From the NCBI GenBank assembly GCA_040357565.1, contig JBDODJ010000125.1: a stretch of DNA of 32,397 bases, one strand, 5' to 3'. Shown one piece after another: positions 10,364 through 22,087 of the stretch. Source of the DNA: Cercozoa sp. M6MM (taxonomy: Eukaryota; Protista; Endomyxa: Ascetosporea). The translations under genes were made by a program, and so were the position numbers. Every line of letters begins with the position of its first letter. Position 1 is the stretch's first letter. Under the pieces are notes generated by a model. The model did not search any database, had not been told where the DNA came from, and saw nothing but the letters and a program-made list of their open reading frames with translations.

Positions 10364-11185
10364 TCAAGTTTAGAGTTAGTTTAGTTATGGGTTCGTGTAA
10401 ACTTACGTGGTGATGCCCGATAAAATACCATGCTACACCGTTGCGTCCGCACGATAAATGTACAGTGCTATAAATTTAAATCCTTAGTTTGAATTGCGTT
10501 CTCATACTGGCACGGTAGCTGCCAGCTGTGTGGGAACTGACCGCCGATGCCTGGGTCCGGACCTGTCATTGCCGCTATCTTGCATGGTTGATCGCAGTTT
10601 TAGAAATAGCAGACCGCATGTTGCACATGCTCCGACGGCTGGTGCACGCAGTCAGACCATTAATCGAAAAACTCCAACAGCAAAAGGTCAAATCCAATTG
10701 GGTACCAGCGCAAGCACAGGCGAGTGCGAACATCGTCGTTGACAACGACTGTGCTTGGTTGAAATTAGCTGTTCCACCAATGCCGCTCAGTTTAAACACA
10801 GAAGCCGGGTGAAACAAGAAGTATCGGGTACCATGGGCGTTGTTCACGGCCTCTTGGTGCAGACTCATAACGGTGCTGTCTGTAGTATTGCACCTCAATA
10901 TAGGAACAGTAACGAGTGTTGGAAAAATACAGGTTTCAAAGGCGCGCGCTTCAATCGTCGCTCGAAATAGCCTCTCTGACTGCGTGCGATTAAACTGGTT
11001 TTCGTCCTATCAAAGAAAGAAAAGTAAACTCAAGGCTGCCAGTCTGAGTTGAATGCTGAAATGTGGACTGTTTTTACGACGGGAACTACGTCTTGCAGCG
11101 CTTGAACATCTGCAAGCAGTCTGTTCACTATTGAGTTCACCTAAAACACACAAACCGTAGGTCACAACTAATGTGCTTTCACATT

Positions 11186-13357
11186 TTATTGGTTTACTGA
11201 ATCCGACGGCGAAGGAATCTCGAGGTACTTGATGCGAAAGGCCATCTTTGCCTGTCGATCAAAGAAAAACAGACACATCGAATGCACAAAACCACACAAC
11301 ATAGTGCTACCATGTGAGCAAACGTGGACATATTGATAGCGTAGAGACCGTTCGGTGCGAGTGCCATTGACGCACACAGAGACCAAAGCAAATTCACCTA
11401 AAGTGCGTGAGAAATAAAGGCTAGCCCAAGTTAAGCACAGGACAAAACACAAGAAAGACGTACATTTGACAATAAGATGGCAGATGTCGATGCATGTGCA
11501 AGCGCGTTTCTCTGTCAGTCGAAAGAACGTTCAGTTGCGAAAACAGACATCTGAAGTGATTGATGATGGCAGGATGTGAAGTCAGGGTGGTTGATACAAA
11601 CTCGCGCAGTCTCGGCTCGCTCGCGATTGGAGAAACCGTTCCAATGAGCAAACTCATCGTCGCACTGAAAGAACCGACAAAATTCCATGTCAAGGTGCAG
11701 GGATGACCCCCGCACCACAACACGGAGAATCTAAGTTTACCAAAACAAGAAGACCGATGTGAATGCACGAGCACGCAGTCGATTCAAGCGCTCACGTGAA
11801 CCTTCATCTCTATAAATGGTGCTGACTGTAAACTTGCTCTGCCTGTGCGTTTGGTAGACCAATCACAGCTCGGCAAACTGCAACTTACTTCTCGTTGGCT
11901 ACGACGAAGCCCACGAGTGCGATCAACAGGAAGGTCAAACACTGTGGTGTGACATACTACCAGTCTCAAACAAAAACGAGCTAGGGAAGAGTTACGGCTG
12001 TGATAGCGCCAACCAGAATGATTTCGTATCTGCGCTGACCAACGTCATCCATATACGCCTCCAGATCTGCCTCGTTCGCCTGTAAGTTACCACTCAAGTT
12101 CAACATCAGCTCACGAGAAATTCTTGGTTAGTTTACATGTGTCATCAAGTCGACAAATTGCAGGAGTATATTCGCGTCCCAGTAGGATTCGTCATTTACG
12201 GGCACAGCCATAATTTCGGCCGCCTGAACACTGCCCTCGCTCGCATTCGTCGATCTGCTGGAACGCATCGGTATTTAAAACACCCGGAAGAGCGGAAATA
12301 ATTGCAGTACATGAGCGCTTCATAGGTGTCAATAACGCGCAGTTCGTGCTCTCGTTGTTGTTGCGAGTAGGCCCAGTATCGCTGCTTGAAGGCTACAAAC
12401 CACTTCAGCAGTGAGCCAGGCACATACAGTCTCATTCAAAAGGAACAGGTAGTACAGGTGTACGTGTTGGGTTCTAGTTTCCTCGTGTCGACTCCAGTGA
12501 GAACCTGCGTACTCAATAAAACAAACTGGGCCGGGATAAATGCTAGCTGCTACAGTACTTCCACTAGGGGTGCAATTTCGTCGGAGTCAATGCGCCTCCA
12601 GACAGTCGAGGGAAGCTGGCCCTACACTCAATTGTGGACGCAGCTACCACATACATTTGAACTGTTAATCCACCTGTGGCATTCCTTCCCGTTCTGCAAG
12701 CAGGTTTAAAGATGTGTTAGACGGATCAAGCACTCCTGCGGGAACATTAGACAAAGGATCAGTTTGTCAATTTAGTAAATACAAACAGCACAAAAGCAAG
12801 CTTAGTGAAACGATACCAGCAGCGGTGACGGCCATTTGTCGGCTGCGATGAATGAACAGAGATGAGTATGCCAATGATGTTTCAATCACTCCCGGACCAC
12901 GTCTATAATAATAGCAAATAATAAGTTGTTGCTGTAAAAAATCTGTCAGTTTGACAACGTGCTTCCAAAAACAGTACGTATGCGAGTAGTCCGTGCTGTT
13001 GTAACTGAGTGTTAAAAGCACCCCAAGTCCGGCCATCACGCCAAACGCCAGCGCCAAACAAAGAGCATTGCGTGACTTGTGCCTATCGATACACCCCCCA
13101 GTTGCGATGTCAATGACTGTACCGCCGGTCAAAAGTTTGAGTCGAACAGACTTGAAGTACCAGCGCTCGTAGTTCCGGCCACCCATGCCCACAAACAAAG
13201 TGCAGAGGAGAGCGTGGCTTCACAGGGCACTTTTCACGTTTCGCTGCCACAGCCGACGAACGGTTTTTCGCAGCCCAAAACGTTTGATAAAATGATTGCG
13301 TTGGTACCTTTCGCAGCAAATCTCACAGAGGCGAGACATTGCGGGGCACCAAGGCAT
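11186..13357 (-). CDS. Unknown multi-pass membrane protein (many short exons; start uncertain)
   Basis: Phase-consistent splicing gives TM-like NALCLALAFGVMAGLGVLLTLSY, a helical segment (..WFVAFKQRYWAYSQQQREHELRVIDTYEAL..), TM-like YEIILVGAITA|CLTFLLIALVGFVVA and FTSVFLFCATMSLLIGTV, ending AKMAFRIKYLEIPSPSDSVNQ* (11186). No family recognised. Confidence 0.55.
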
Positions 13358-13595
13358 ATGAATGTCGAGCGGCGTGGAAGGCTTAGGTGCGATGCGGATC
13401 AAGCACTTATAAAATAGTAAAAGTTATCAGTCGGGTCGGGGAGCAGCCGATAAATTTATTGTGCTCGACTTCGCTCACTGCAGGTACCGTACGGCATGCA
13501 TGGGCACTGCGGAAGTATGCTAACTGCTGGCTTCCGTACCGTACGCTAGAAAACTACCACATCCGTCGCTGCGGCGGAGGGTCAGCAGGATTTGC

Positions 13596-14254
13596 TTAAT
13601 CGACGTAATACTGTGGCTGCGTGGACGCGGGGGGTTGCTCTGCCGGGGCAACGTGCACAGGCGGTGGAGGTGGCTGCGGCTGCTGTTGCGGAGGCGGAGG
13701 CGGCGGACGCAGCGCACTCTGCGGAGGCGGGTGCGAAGGCGGTCTGTGCGAGTGCATACAACAGGTAGCAGCAGGTGCAAAGCCGAGGGTACGAAACACA
13801 GGGATACCTGGGCGTGAGACGAGGCGGCGCCACAATGTCGCTGTTGTCTTGACTGGCGACATCGTCGGTTGTGTGACTAACAGAGTCGTCCAAAAACTCG
13901 TCGTCGTCGCTCTCGCTCGCGGTGCCTGCACACGCACGCATCGGTACATACAGGTCCAAAAGAGAACAAGGCCAAGTTGAAACATAGGTACCGACAACTC
14001 GCACCTGACCTAGCTTCCGTCGGCGTGCCAGTGAGGGTCCTGTAGCGAGCAAGGATTCACCCAGGTAGATAGGTGTGTAGATAGATAGGTAGACAGATAT
14101 TTCGGTCGAGAGAGAGAGAGAGCGAAATGAAATACACAAGAGAGAGAGACAGAGAGATAGGTAGGTAGATAGACAGATAGGTAAGTAGATCGAACAAGGG
14201 GGAGAGGTACGAGCAAGCGACGGCACGCGGGCGAAAGACGGTTGTTGTTGTTGC

Positions 14255-14300
<46 letters not shown>

Positions 14301-14311
14301 GNNNNNNNNNN

Positions 14312-14362
<51 letters not shown>

Positions 14363-14812
14363 GGTTGCTGTTGTTGTGGTTGTTGTGGCGGCACGAGTGA
14401 GGACGGACGTGAGGTGGGCGTTCCAGCACTCGCGTTGTCGGGCCTTGTGAATTTCATTTCGCTACATAAATACACACACATACATACACATGCACACAGA
14501 TAAGCATACACAAACAGATATGCATACACATATCATTCACACACAGATACATACAGACACACACACATACATGCATACATAGACACACACACACACACAC
14601 ACGTGTACACACACACCTTAGCTTGGGCGGTCGTCGTGGCAGCCGCGCGGAGACGCCGGCGGAGTGACCCGAGGAGGCCGCGCGACTCGGCGACAGCGCG
14701 TCAGGCAGCGGCGCCGGCAGCGGAGCTGACAGGTTGGTCACGGTGTCCTCCGCGCGGAGGCTGCTGCCGCTGTCGCTGCCGCTACTGCTGCTGCTGCTGT
14801 TGTTGCTGTTGC

Positions 14813-14858
<46 letters not shown>

Positions 14859-14869
14859 GNNNNNNNNNN

Positions 14870-14915
<46 letters not shown>

Positions 14916-17900
14916 GGCGGCGGCAGTGTCGTCGTCGTCGTCGTCGTCGTCGAAAGTGAGCGTGTTGAGGTCGACGACTGGGTCCAGAACGACGCCGGTC
15001 AGCACGGCGTTTCTCCTGGGTTCCATCACTCGGTCAGGAGTGGCCAGGTCAGTAGTCAGGTCAGCGGTCTCGTCCGCGCGGATGTCGGCGTCGCTGTCGT
15101 CGCTGTCGCTGAACTGCGGCACGAAGGACTTGCCATGCGATCTACCAACACACACACATTCATAGGTACATATACATGAACTACCTTATACCTACACATC
15201 TACATACACATACACAGAGATACATACACAGAGACACATGCATACATAGATACAAACATACAATACAGACAGACAAAATACACATATATACACATACATA
15301 CACATAAACACATACAAACACACAGACATACAAACACACATACATACAAACACAGACATACAGACATACACAGACATACACAGACATACACATAGTCCAA
15401 CAGACAACAAGGTGCGAGCATACACGTGCGTCGACACCGGTCGCGGCACTTTGGCGCGTACGCGCGACATTCGTCGTTGCGGCACTGTCACAGGGGGTAC
15501 ATGGGATAGGGTATCAAGTAAGAGTATCCCCAAAGGTAACATTTTTACCTAGACTGGCAGCATGCGCATCGACGATCAGTCGTTGTCCGCGCGGAAGAGT
15601 GCGGGCGCGTGGGGGTCGCTGCAGCTGTTTCTTGGCGCGCGGCAGTGACATGCTGCTCACGAACGACATTCCCACTCTCACCCCCTCCCCGAAAGAATGT
15701 TACCTTTTGCGCGGATTGGTGACTGTGGGCGACTGTGCAGACACGTTATACACAAGTACCCATACTTTACACATATGTCAGTATACTTAGATATACAGTT
15801 ATAGGTACCAAAATTGTATATAAAGATATAGTACACATGCATAGGTACATATAGTTATACATATATGTAAGTATATCTATACATAATGTAAGTATATATA
15901 GACATAATGTAAGTATATATATATATATATATATATTTCTCTATATATAAGTACTTCAATTTAGACAGATCTACATCTACATACTATATATATATATATA
16001 TATATATATATCTAGATAGATACACATATTTTTATTATAGATGCATATGGGATGTGCACCGACATGGCCTGCATGAGGTGTGCGAACACATCGTCTTTGT
16101 CGTGTGCGTCCTGTGGCGGTGTTTTGTCTGGGGACACCTTGTCCTGGGACACCTTGTCTTGGGACACCTTGTCTTGGGACACCTTGTTGGGCACATCCAG
16201 CGACGCGAAGAAATCATCCAACTCGCTGTCTCTCTCTGGGGGGGGGGGGGTAGAGGAATGGGCAGGACAGAGGGTCAAGCTTACTTGCATGGCCACTAGT
16301 CTGTCCACCGGCAGGAGTACTCGGCTGTCCCAACGAGGTCATGAAGGAGTCCCAGTCGGTCGTATCGACCGCACTGACGACACTCTGCTCTGGCGTCTCC
16401 GATGACAGCACCGTGAAGTCATCCACCAGCTGGAGAGGGGGTAAGGGGTAAGGGGTAAGGGGTAAGGGGTAAGGGGTAAGGGGTAAGGGGTAAGGGGTAA
16501 GGGNNNNNNNNNNAAGGGGTAAGGGGTAAGGGGTAAGGGGTAAGGGGTAAGGGGTAAGGGTAAGGGGATAAGGGCTAGGGGGTAAGGGGTAGGGAGGAAG
16601 GGGTAAGGGTAGTAAGCATGGGGCATGGGGGAGGGAGGGAGCAAAACTACAGTGGCAGAGATCTTGCGCGCATGCTGCACCGCCTTTCGCAAGTTGGCGC
16701 CGTGATCTTCGCCGCCGCGTCGCTCCTGCTGCGTCACTGCCGCCTCGCCCAGACCCTCTCCTCCCTCGCTCCCCCCTCCCCCCCCCCCCCCCCCCCCCCC
16801 CTATCCCCTTACCCTTACCCCTTACCCCTTACCCCTTACCCCTTACCCCTTACCCCTTACCCCTTACCCCTTACCCCTTACCCCTTACCCCTTACCCCTT
16901 NNNNNNNNNNNNNNNNNNNNNNNNNNNNNNNNNNNNNNNNNNNNNNNNNNNNNNNNNNNNNNNNNNNNNNNNNNNNNNNNNNNNNNNNNNNNNNNNNNNN
17001 GGGGGGGGGGGGTAAACTCAAAGAAGCTACAGCGAAGAGGTGCGGAGGCTCGAGACGCGCAGCAAAAAGTTCGAGTTTCGCCTTGCCCTGCAGTGGTGCC
17101 TCCGTGCGCTCCTCCAGCAGTCCTATGGGTAGTGAGGTCAAGGGGATAAAGAGGAGTAAAGTATAGACACTACCCTTGGCCTCGGTCCACATGCTGCTCC
17201 AGGCTGCCACGTGCTCTCTACGGGGGGGGGGGGGAAGGGTAAAGGGTAGAGTAAGAGAGGAAGGGTAAAGCAGGCAGGGTAAAGGGGACAGGGGAAACGG
17301 AATGGGGGAGAGATGGAGGGGAGGTAAACTACAGTATGCAGGCATGCGCCAGAGAGAGTGCCTGCGCGAGTCCGTGTCGCACCAGGCACGCGGCAGCACA
17401 CAGGTCGTGCAGTGATCGCTCGGCCATGTTGGTGGCACCGCGCTCCTTCTCGTACTTGAGGAACGCGCGCGATACACGCGACCTGGCCTGTGTGTTGTCG
17501 TGCTTAATCTACCGCCCCTTTAACTAAACAAGAGTCTTGTACCTTGCCGAGTGCCGATGCCATCTTTTTCGCGCTGCTTGCGTCGCCGTCGCGCACGCTC
17601 TGGTAGGCCTGCCACTCCGAGACCGCTGTAGGGTCACACAGGGGAGTGAAAGGCAAGACAGGCACGCCAGCCGTCAAGGTGGAAGGCTACCCTTGGCACG
17701 TGCACTGCGCATGCGCGCGAAGCAGTTGCGCAAATTCTTACGCGCGTCGCGAAACCGATTGGCCAGTTCATCGCAACGTTTGAAGCCACTCGCGTGCGCC
17801 TCTCTTTACGGGGGGCAAGGAGCAAGGCGTAAAGAGGGTGCGAATGAGTAAAGAGGGTGCGAAGGGTGTAAAAGGGTGGTGTGGGCAGTTGGTACCTAAG

Positions 17901-18526
17901 AGGCTCGACAACTTTCGACATGAGAATCTCACCACGCTGTCTTCGCAGTTTCGCATCACTCAGCAGGAGTGTCATGGCACTTCCCTGTGACACATGCATA
18001 CACACACATGCACACACGTCAGCATACACACTGAAAGACAGACAGACAGACGTAAAGTAGCACAAAGCACCGGCAACTGGCCCGGCCGAAAGGCATCGAA
18101 GCTGTCTTCAACCTCTTGATCTTCCTCAGCCCACTGCGCCCGCGGCTACTCACAAACACAGACACAAACGCGTAGAACAACACAGCCTTCTTTTTTGTTG
18201 AAGCAGAACGTAAAAACGGCACAATAGAAGCGTATTTGCGCTTGGTTTTGCCGAGATCGCTCAAGGAGGCGCCACTCGTTAAATCGGCCTATGCAACCCA
18301 CGCAGGATCACCAGTCAGTGCGAAGAGAGGCATGAAGGGAAAAAAGATATACCGCAGCAGTACGTCGAACGGCTGCAGCAAGAGCCTTGCAGCTGAGTGC
18401 CTCACGTCGACACTGGGGAAATAATCAAACAGAAAAATCGATAGAAATTTATTTGATCAGTTGAAACTGCGACGCATGTACCTCACTAAGCAGTGACAGG
18501 AACGAGCCCTCTTGCTCGGTGTTCAT
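13596..18526 (-). CDS. F-BAR(FCH)-like N-terminal helical domain with a long disordered tail (polyN, polyQ, Pro-rich C terminus)
   Basis: ATG at 18526. MNTEQEGSFLSLLSE|CRREALSCKALAAVRRTAA|ADLTSGASLSDLGK...AMTLLLSDAKLRRQRGEILMSKVVEPLR|EAHASGFKRCDELANRFRDARKNLRNCFARMRSARAK...RAFLKYEKERGATN resembles the F-BAR helix pattern. Splicing continues to PPPPP...STQPQYYVD* (13596). Continuity is unverified across the 100-N gap at 16901-17000. Confidence 0.6.
14242..14915 (-). repeat. Exonic (CAA)n/(AAC)n tracts encoding polyQ (14242-14385) and polyN (about 14800-14915)
   Basis: (TTG)n on the + strand. Both tracts contain 10-N gaps, so their lengths are unresolved. Confidence 0.9.
16436..16615 (+). repeat. 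Intronic (TAAGGGG)n telomere-like array
   Basis: The 7-mer is repeated more than 15 times, with a 10-N gap, and decays toward 16615. Confidence 0.9.
16771..16900 (-). repeat. PolyC plus (CCCCTTA)n array, inverted relative to the 16436 array
   Basis: Directly visible; it runs into the 100-N gap. Confidence 0.85.
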
Positions 18527-19026
18527 GCGAGTTTGCTCGCACGAGTACGATTGCCCGCCTCAGCTTCGGAAAAGAGTGTTAACTTTCTGCGTTTCGCCTT
18601 TGTATTCGCGCGCGTTTCGGCCAAGATCACAGCGCAGCAAAAGCACTCGTCCTGCGTCTCACCGCACGAAATTAAAATCACAAATCACTAGCACTTGCAC
18701 GCACACGCCCAATGACACACACGAAAAGCCTCACCGTGCCCCGGTGACCAATGATGTTGTGAAAAGACCCAGCTTTGGTTTTCTGTGATTAAATTCTGTC
18801 TGTGTCTAGTGAGTAGTGTTAAGCTGAAGTAACACACACGTGCATAGGCTTAAACATTGTAAGATATCGAGGTACAATGTGAAAAATTCTCCAGACTCAG
18901 TCAGCAGTGGCGGGATGAGAGCTTCGCACGAGTGCACTTGCGTGTGTTTATAGTGATAGTAAGCCAAAGTTGACGCAGAGTGCGTGAAGTGGACCTAGTG
19001 AGGGTTTAGCAGACCAGAATTTGCGC

Positions 19027-21119
19027 ATGGTGTTTTTCTCGTCTGCCAAGCGACGACTTTTCGTGCGTCTGGCCGCGTCGTACGGTACGCCTGCAAGCCC
19101 AGAGTCGCTTTGTTTGAGTGAGATGCGGGTGCTTTGGCTGTAGCCGTACTGAACGTGGGTGTACATGCCACCACGGGCTACCTGTGGTACGACGCCTGGC
19201 GGACCTATCACAGCAGTGACACGGGTAGAGAGAGTCTCGTAGCAAGGAGCATTGTGAGGAAAAGTAACACCCCAGGTACTGTGCAGACAGCGAGGATGAA
19301 GATGATGGTCACCAGTTCCACGAGAACTGTGATGCGCTCCACCACTCGCACGAAGCCTTCTCAGACGATGACCCGTTGGTATGCCCCCCCCCCGTTCTCC
19401 ACTCAGTGCGCATATGTCCAACTGACTACAGTTGAAGCCGAAGATGTTTTCGGCAGCGTTCCGCAACTACGCCAGCGAGGTAACTGACACATGTGTGCCC
19501 AAGTGGTAGGCACAAGTGGTCGGCCTGGCCAGTATCCATGCCATCGATGCGCAGATGTACCGTTGGCCGACAGTACTCACGTTGGGCGCGCGTGCACTTC
19601 AGTGGTATCGAGATCGACCTGCACCTGCATGGTCCGAAGATGGCACCTGTGTTTTGCTGTGTGAGTCAGGTGGTTTGGTTTCGCGTTTGCGACGGTGGGC
19701 ACGTCCATCGCGACTCTCGGCTGGACTGGTACTAAGCACAGTGCAATGAGGTGAGCAGGTCGAAGATACGACACACTGGGTAGGTGACGAAGGCGTCGTC
19801 CAAGAGGATCCCAGTACTCCCAGGGAAGAGGTAGTCTTTTATACCTGTACTACCTCTATGTTACTCGCAGTGTTTTGATAGCCACTGCACGGCTGGAGAC
19901 GCCGCGTGATGCAGAACTCGCTGCAGACGGCGGCCAGGCTGGTCTACCGCGCCTACGGCTTCAAGGAGGTGCATATCTCTGCTGTGAGAGCGAGCAAGTG
20001 CTGCATAGACTACGCTTGTACACTTGAGCACAGTCGGACGTCACAATGGACGGCGAGATCGACCCGCGGGCAGGTGTGATCGTGTCGAACCACGTGTCGT
20101 TTTTGGATCCCGTCGTTCTGGTCTCCCTTCCGTCCTCTTCATACACACCCACTTGTCTGCCTTTAGGTACTTCTACGCATGTTGTGCAGGTGGGTAAGCT
20201 GCCAGAGCCGCCAGTCTTCTTGGCCAAGGCGTCCATCAAGGACTATCCAGTCATCTCGACATGGGGCAGGTAGTCTTCTTTTTTAAATACTGTTGACCGT
20301 CCCACTGCTACCTTGTGTGTGTGTGTGCACAGAGCCATCCAGGCTGTCTATGTCGATCGTCGCAGCAGCAAGTCCAAGCGCGCCGCCATTAATGAAGGTA
20401 GCAATGCTGCCGGCTTTGCTGTCTTGCAGTCTTCATGCTGCCTGCTCTCTACTGCATTCACACACACGCAGTGAAACGACGCATCGAAATGCGACAGAAG
20501 GATGAACACGCGGAGAACTTTGGTAGCCCTGAACGCTCTGTGTCTTTTCCTCTCGTCTATGCTCTTTGTGTGGTGTACCTTAGGTCCGTTGCTGGTGTTC
20601 CCGGAGGGTACAACGACCTGCGGCGACGCTCTTGTCAACTTCAAGAAGGGCGCCTTCCTCTTCCAGCAGTATGTTTGCGTTGCATGCCTGTTGCCTACCT
20701 ACCTTGTGCTGCTACTCTATACTTTAGGCCAGTGCAACCCGTGATCCTGCACTACGAGCGGTGCACGCGCAGTGGCTGGCGACCTTCGCTCGTGCACTCG
20801 GACTCGCGCGGTAGCTTCCCACCTTGCCTCTTTCTTTGCCCCCCCCCCCCTGAGCTCCCTTCTATATGCAGGCAATATGATCTCGCCGGCGTTTGTGATC
20901 TTCCGGACACTGGCGACGCCGCAGCACCGACTGCGGATCCAAGTGCTGCCTCTGCACAAGCCTACGCCAGCTGAGACCGATGATGCCTCACTGTTTGCCG
21001 AGAACGTGCGCAAGGTAGGTCGAGTCTGTTGTGTCTGTTTGTGACTGGACACCCTGCGATTGGTGCAGGAAATGGCCAAGGCCGGCAATTTAGACCTTGC
21101 TGACGTGTCTGCCTACTAA
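19027..21119 (+). CDS. Lysophospholipid acyltransferase, PlsC/LPCAT-like (GPAT/AGPAT superfamily)
   Basis: ATG at 19027. Block motifs VIVSNHVSFLD (NHx4D), FLAKASIKDYPVISTWGR|AIQAVYVDR, PLLVFPEGTTTCGDALVNFKKGAF and PVQPVILHY. LPCAT-type tail PTPAETDDASLFAENVRK|EMAKA...VSAY* (21119). Confidence 0.93.
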
Positions 21120-21926
21120 ACCGAACCAACTTCCAACGTATCCCGCCAACTCAAGTTCACGCACCAGACTAGTCGAGTTAGTTCTATCTGGTCTACTAAG
21201 AGACCGACTACGGCATGGCTGCTGCGTCGCGTAGCCCATTGTAGAAAACGTCGTGTTCACGGTTTGCGTCGTTTGGTAGTTAAGTAGGGATGTTGTTACA
21301 GACTGACTCAGATTACGCAGTCTCCGTGGGATAATCCCACCAGACAGACCAGTTGGTCTCCCCTTCATCACTGAAGCAAAAGAGAAAGCAGAGTTAAGAG
21401 TTTGTGGCTCTGCTATTGAGCGTTGGCAAAGAGAAACCCTCATCTACTTGGCATCACTCCACAAACTGAATCAGTTGATTCCCTCGCTTCGTCTAATTGA
21501 CTTACTTCTTTTATTTAGTTCTTTTCACTGACAACTGGGGAACCGTCAGTAACAATGTTCCATAGTTTGTGGGTTAAGTCTACTGAGGAACCAACTATGT
21601 TGTTCCATTCAACCTTCAGTGTTTCCGTCCGCTCGTCTGGCCAGTCAGCCCAACGAGCAATCAAATCGTCGAAGAGGACGACGAGTAGCCAGACAAACGG
21701 CAGTTCTTTCAGCGGCAACACGCGGCATTGCAGTTTTCTCGGAGATTCTCAGTTCTGTTCCTCCGCCGGTGAGCAAGAAACATGTGTTGTACGAGCGCAG
21801 AAAAGAAAGCAAATCGAGCAGAAAAACAAAGCAAAGAAAAAAGAAAGAGTGTGAGTGTGCAATGTTATTGCGCGCTCTAGCTCTCTCGGTCTCCCGCTGC
21901 TCACTCGAGTTATCTTGCTGTGTGTA

Positions 21927-21980
21927 TCATCGCGCTCGCTTGCGCGACTGACGAGGGAACTCCCGCTCCACAAGTGCACG

Positions 21981-22029
<49 letters not shown>

Positions 22030-22039
22030 NNNNNNNNNN

Positions 22040-22087
<48 letters not shown>

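Noticed and set aside
11186-11720. RGS domain in the membrane orphan
   Set aside because: The RGS-looking frame (EFCRFFQCDDEF...) cannot be joined with plausible intron lengths or phases, and a different frame splices cleanly.
3077-21119. Lipid/membrane gene cluster (CDC50, F-BAR-like, LPCAT-like)
   Set aside because: The genes are interspersed with unrelated loci and such functions are common. No evidence of co-regulation.
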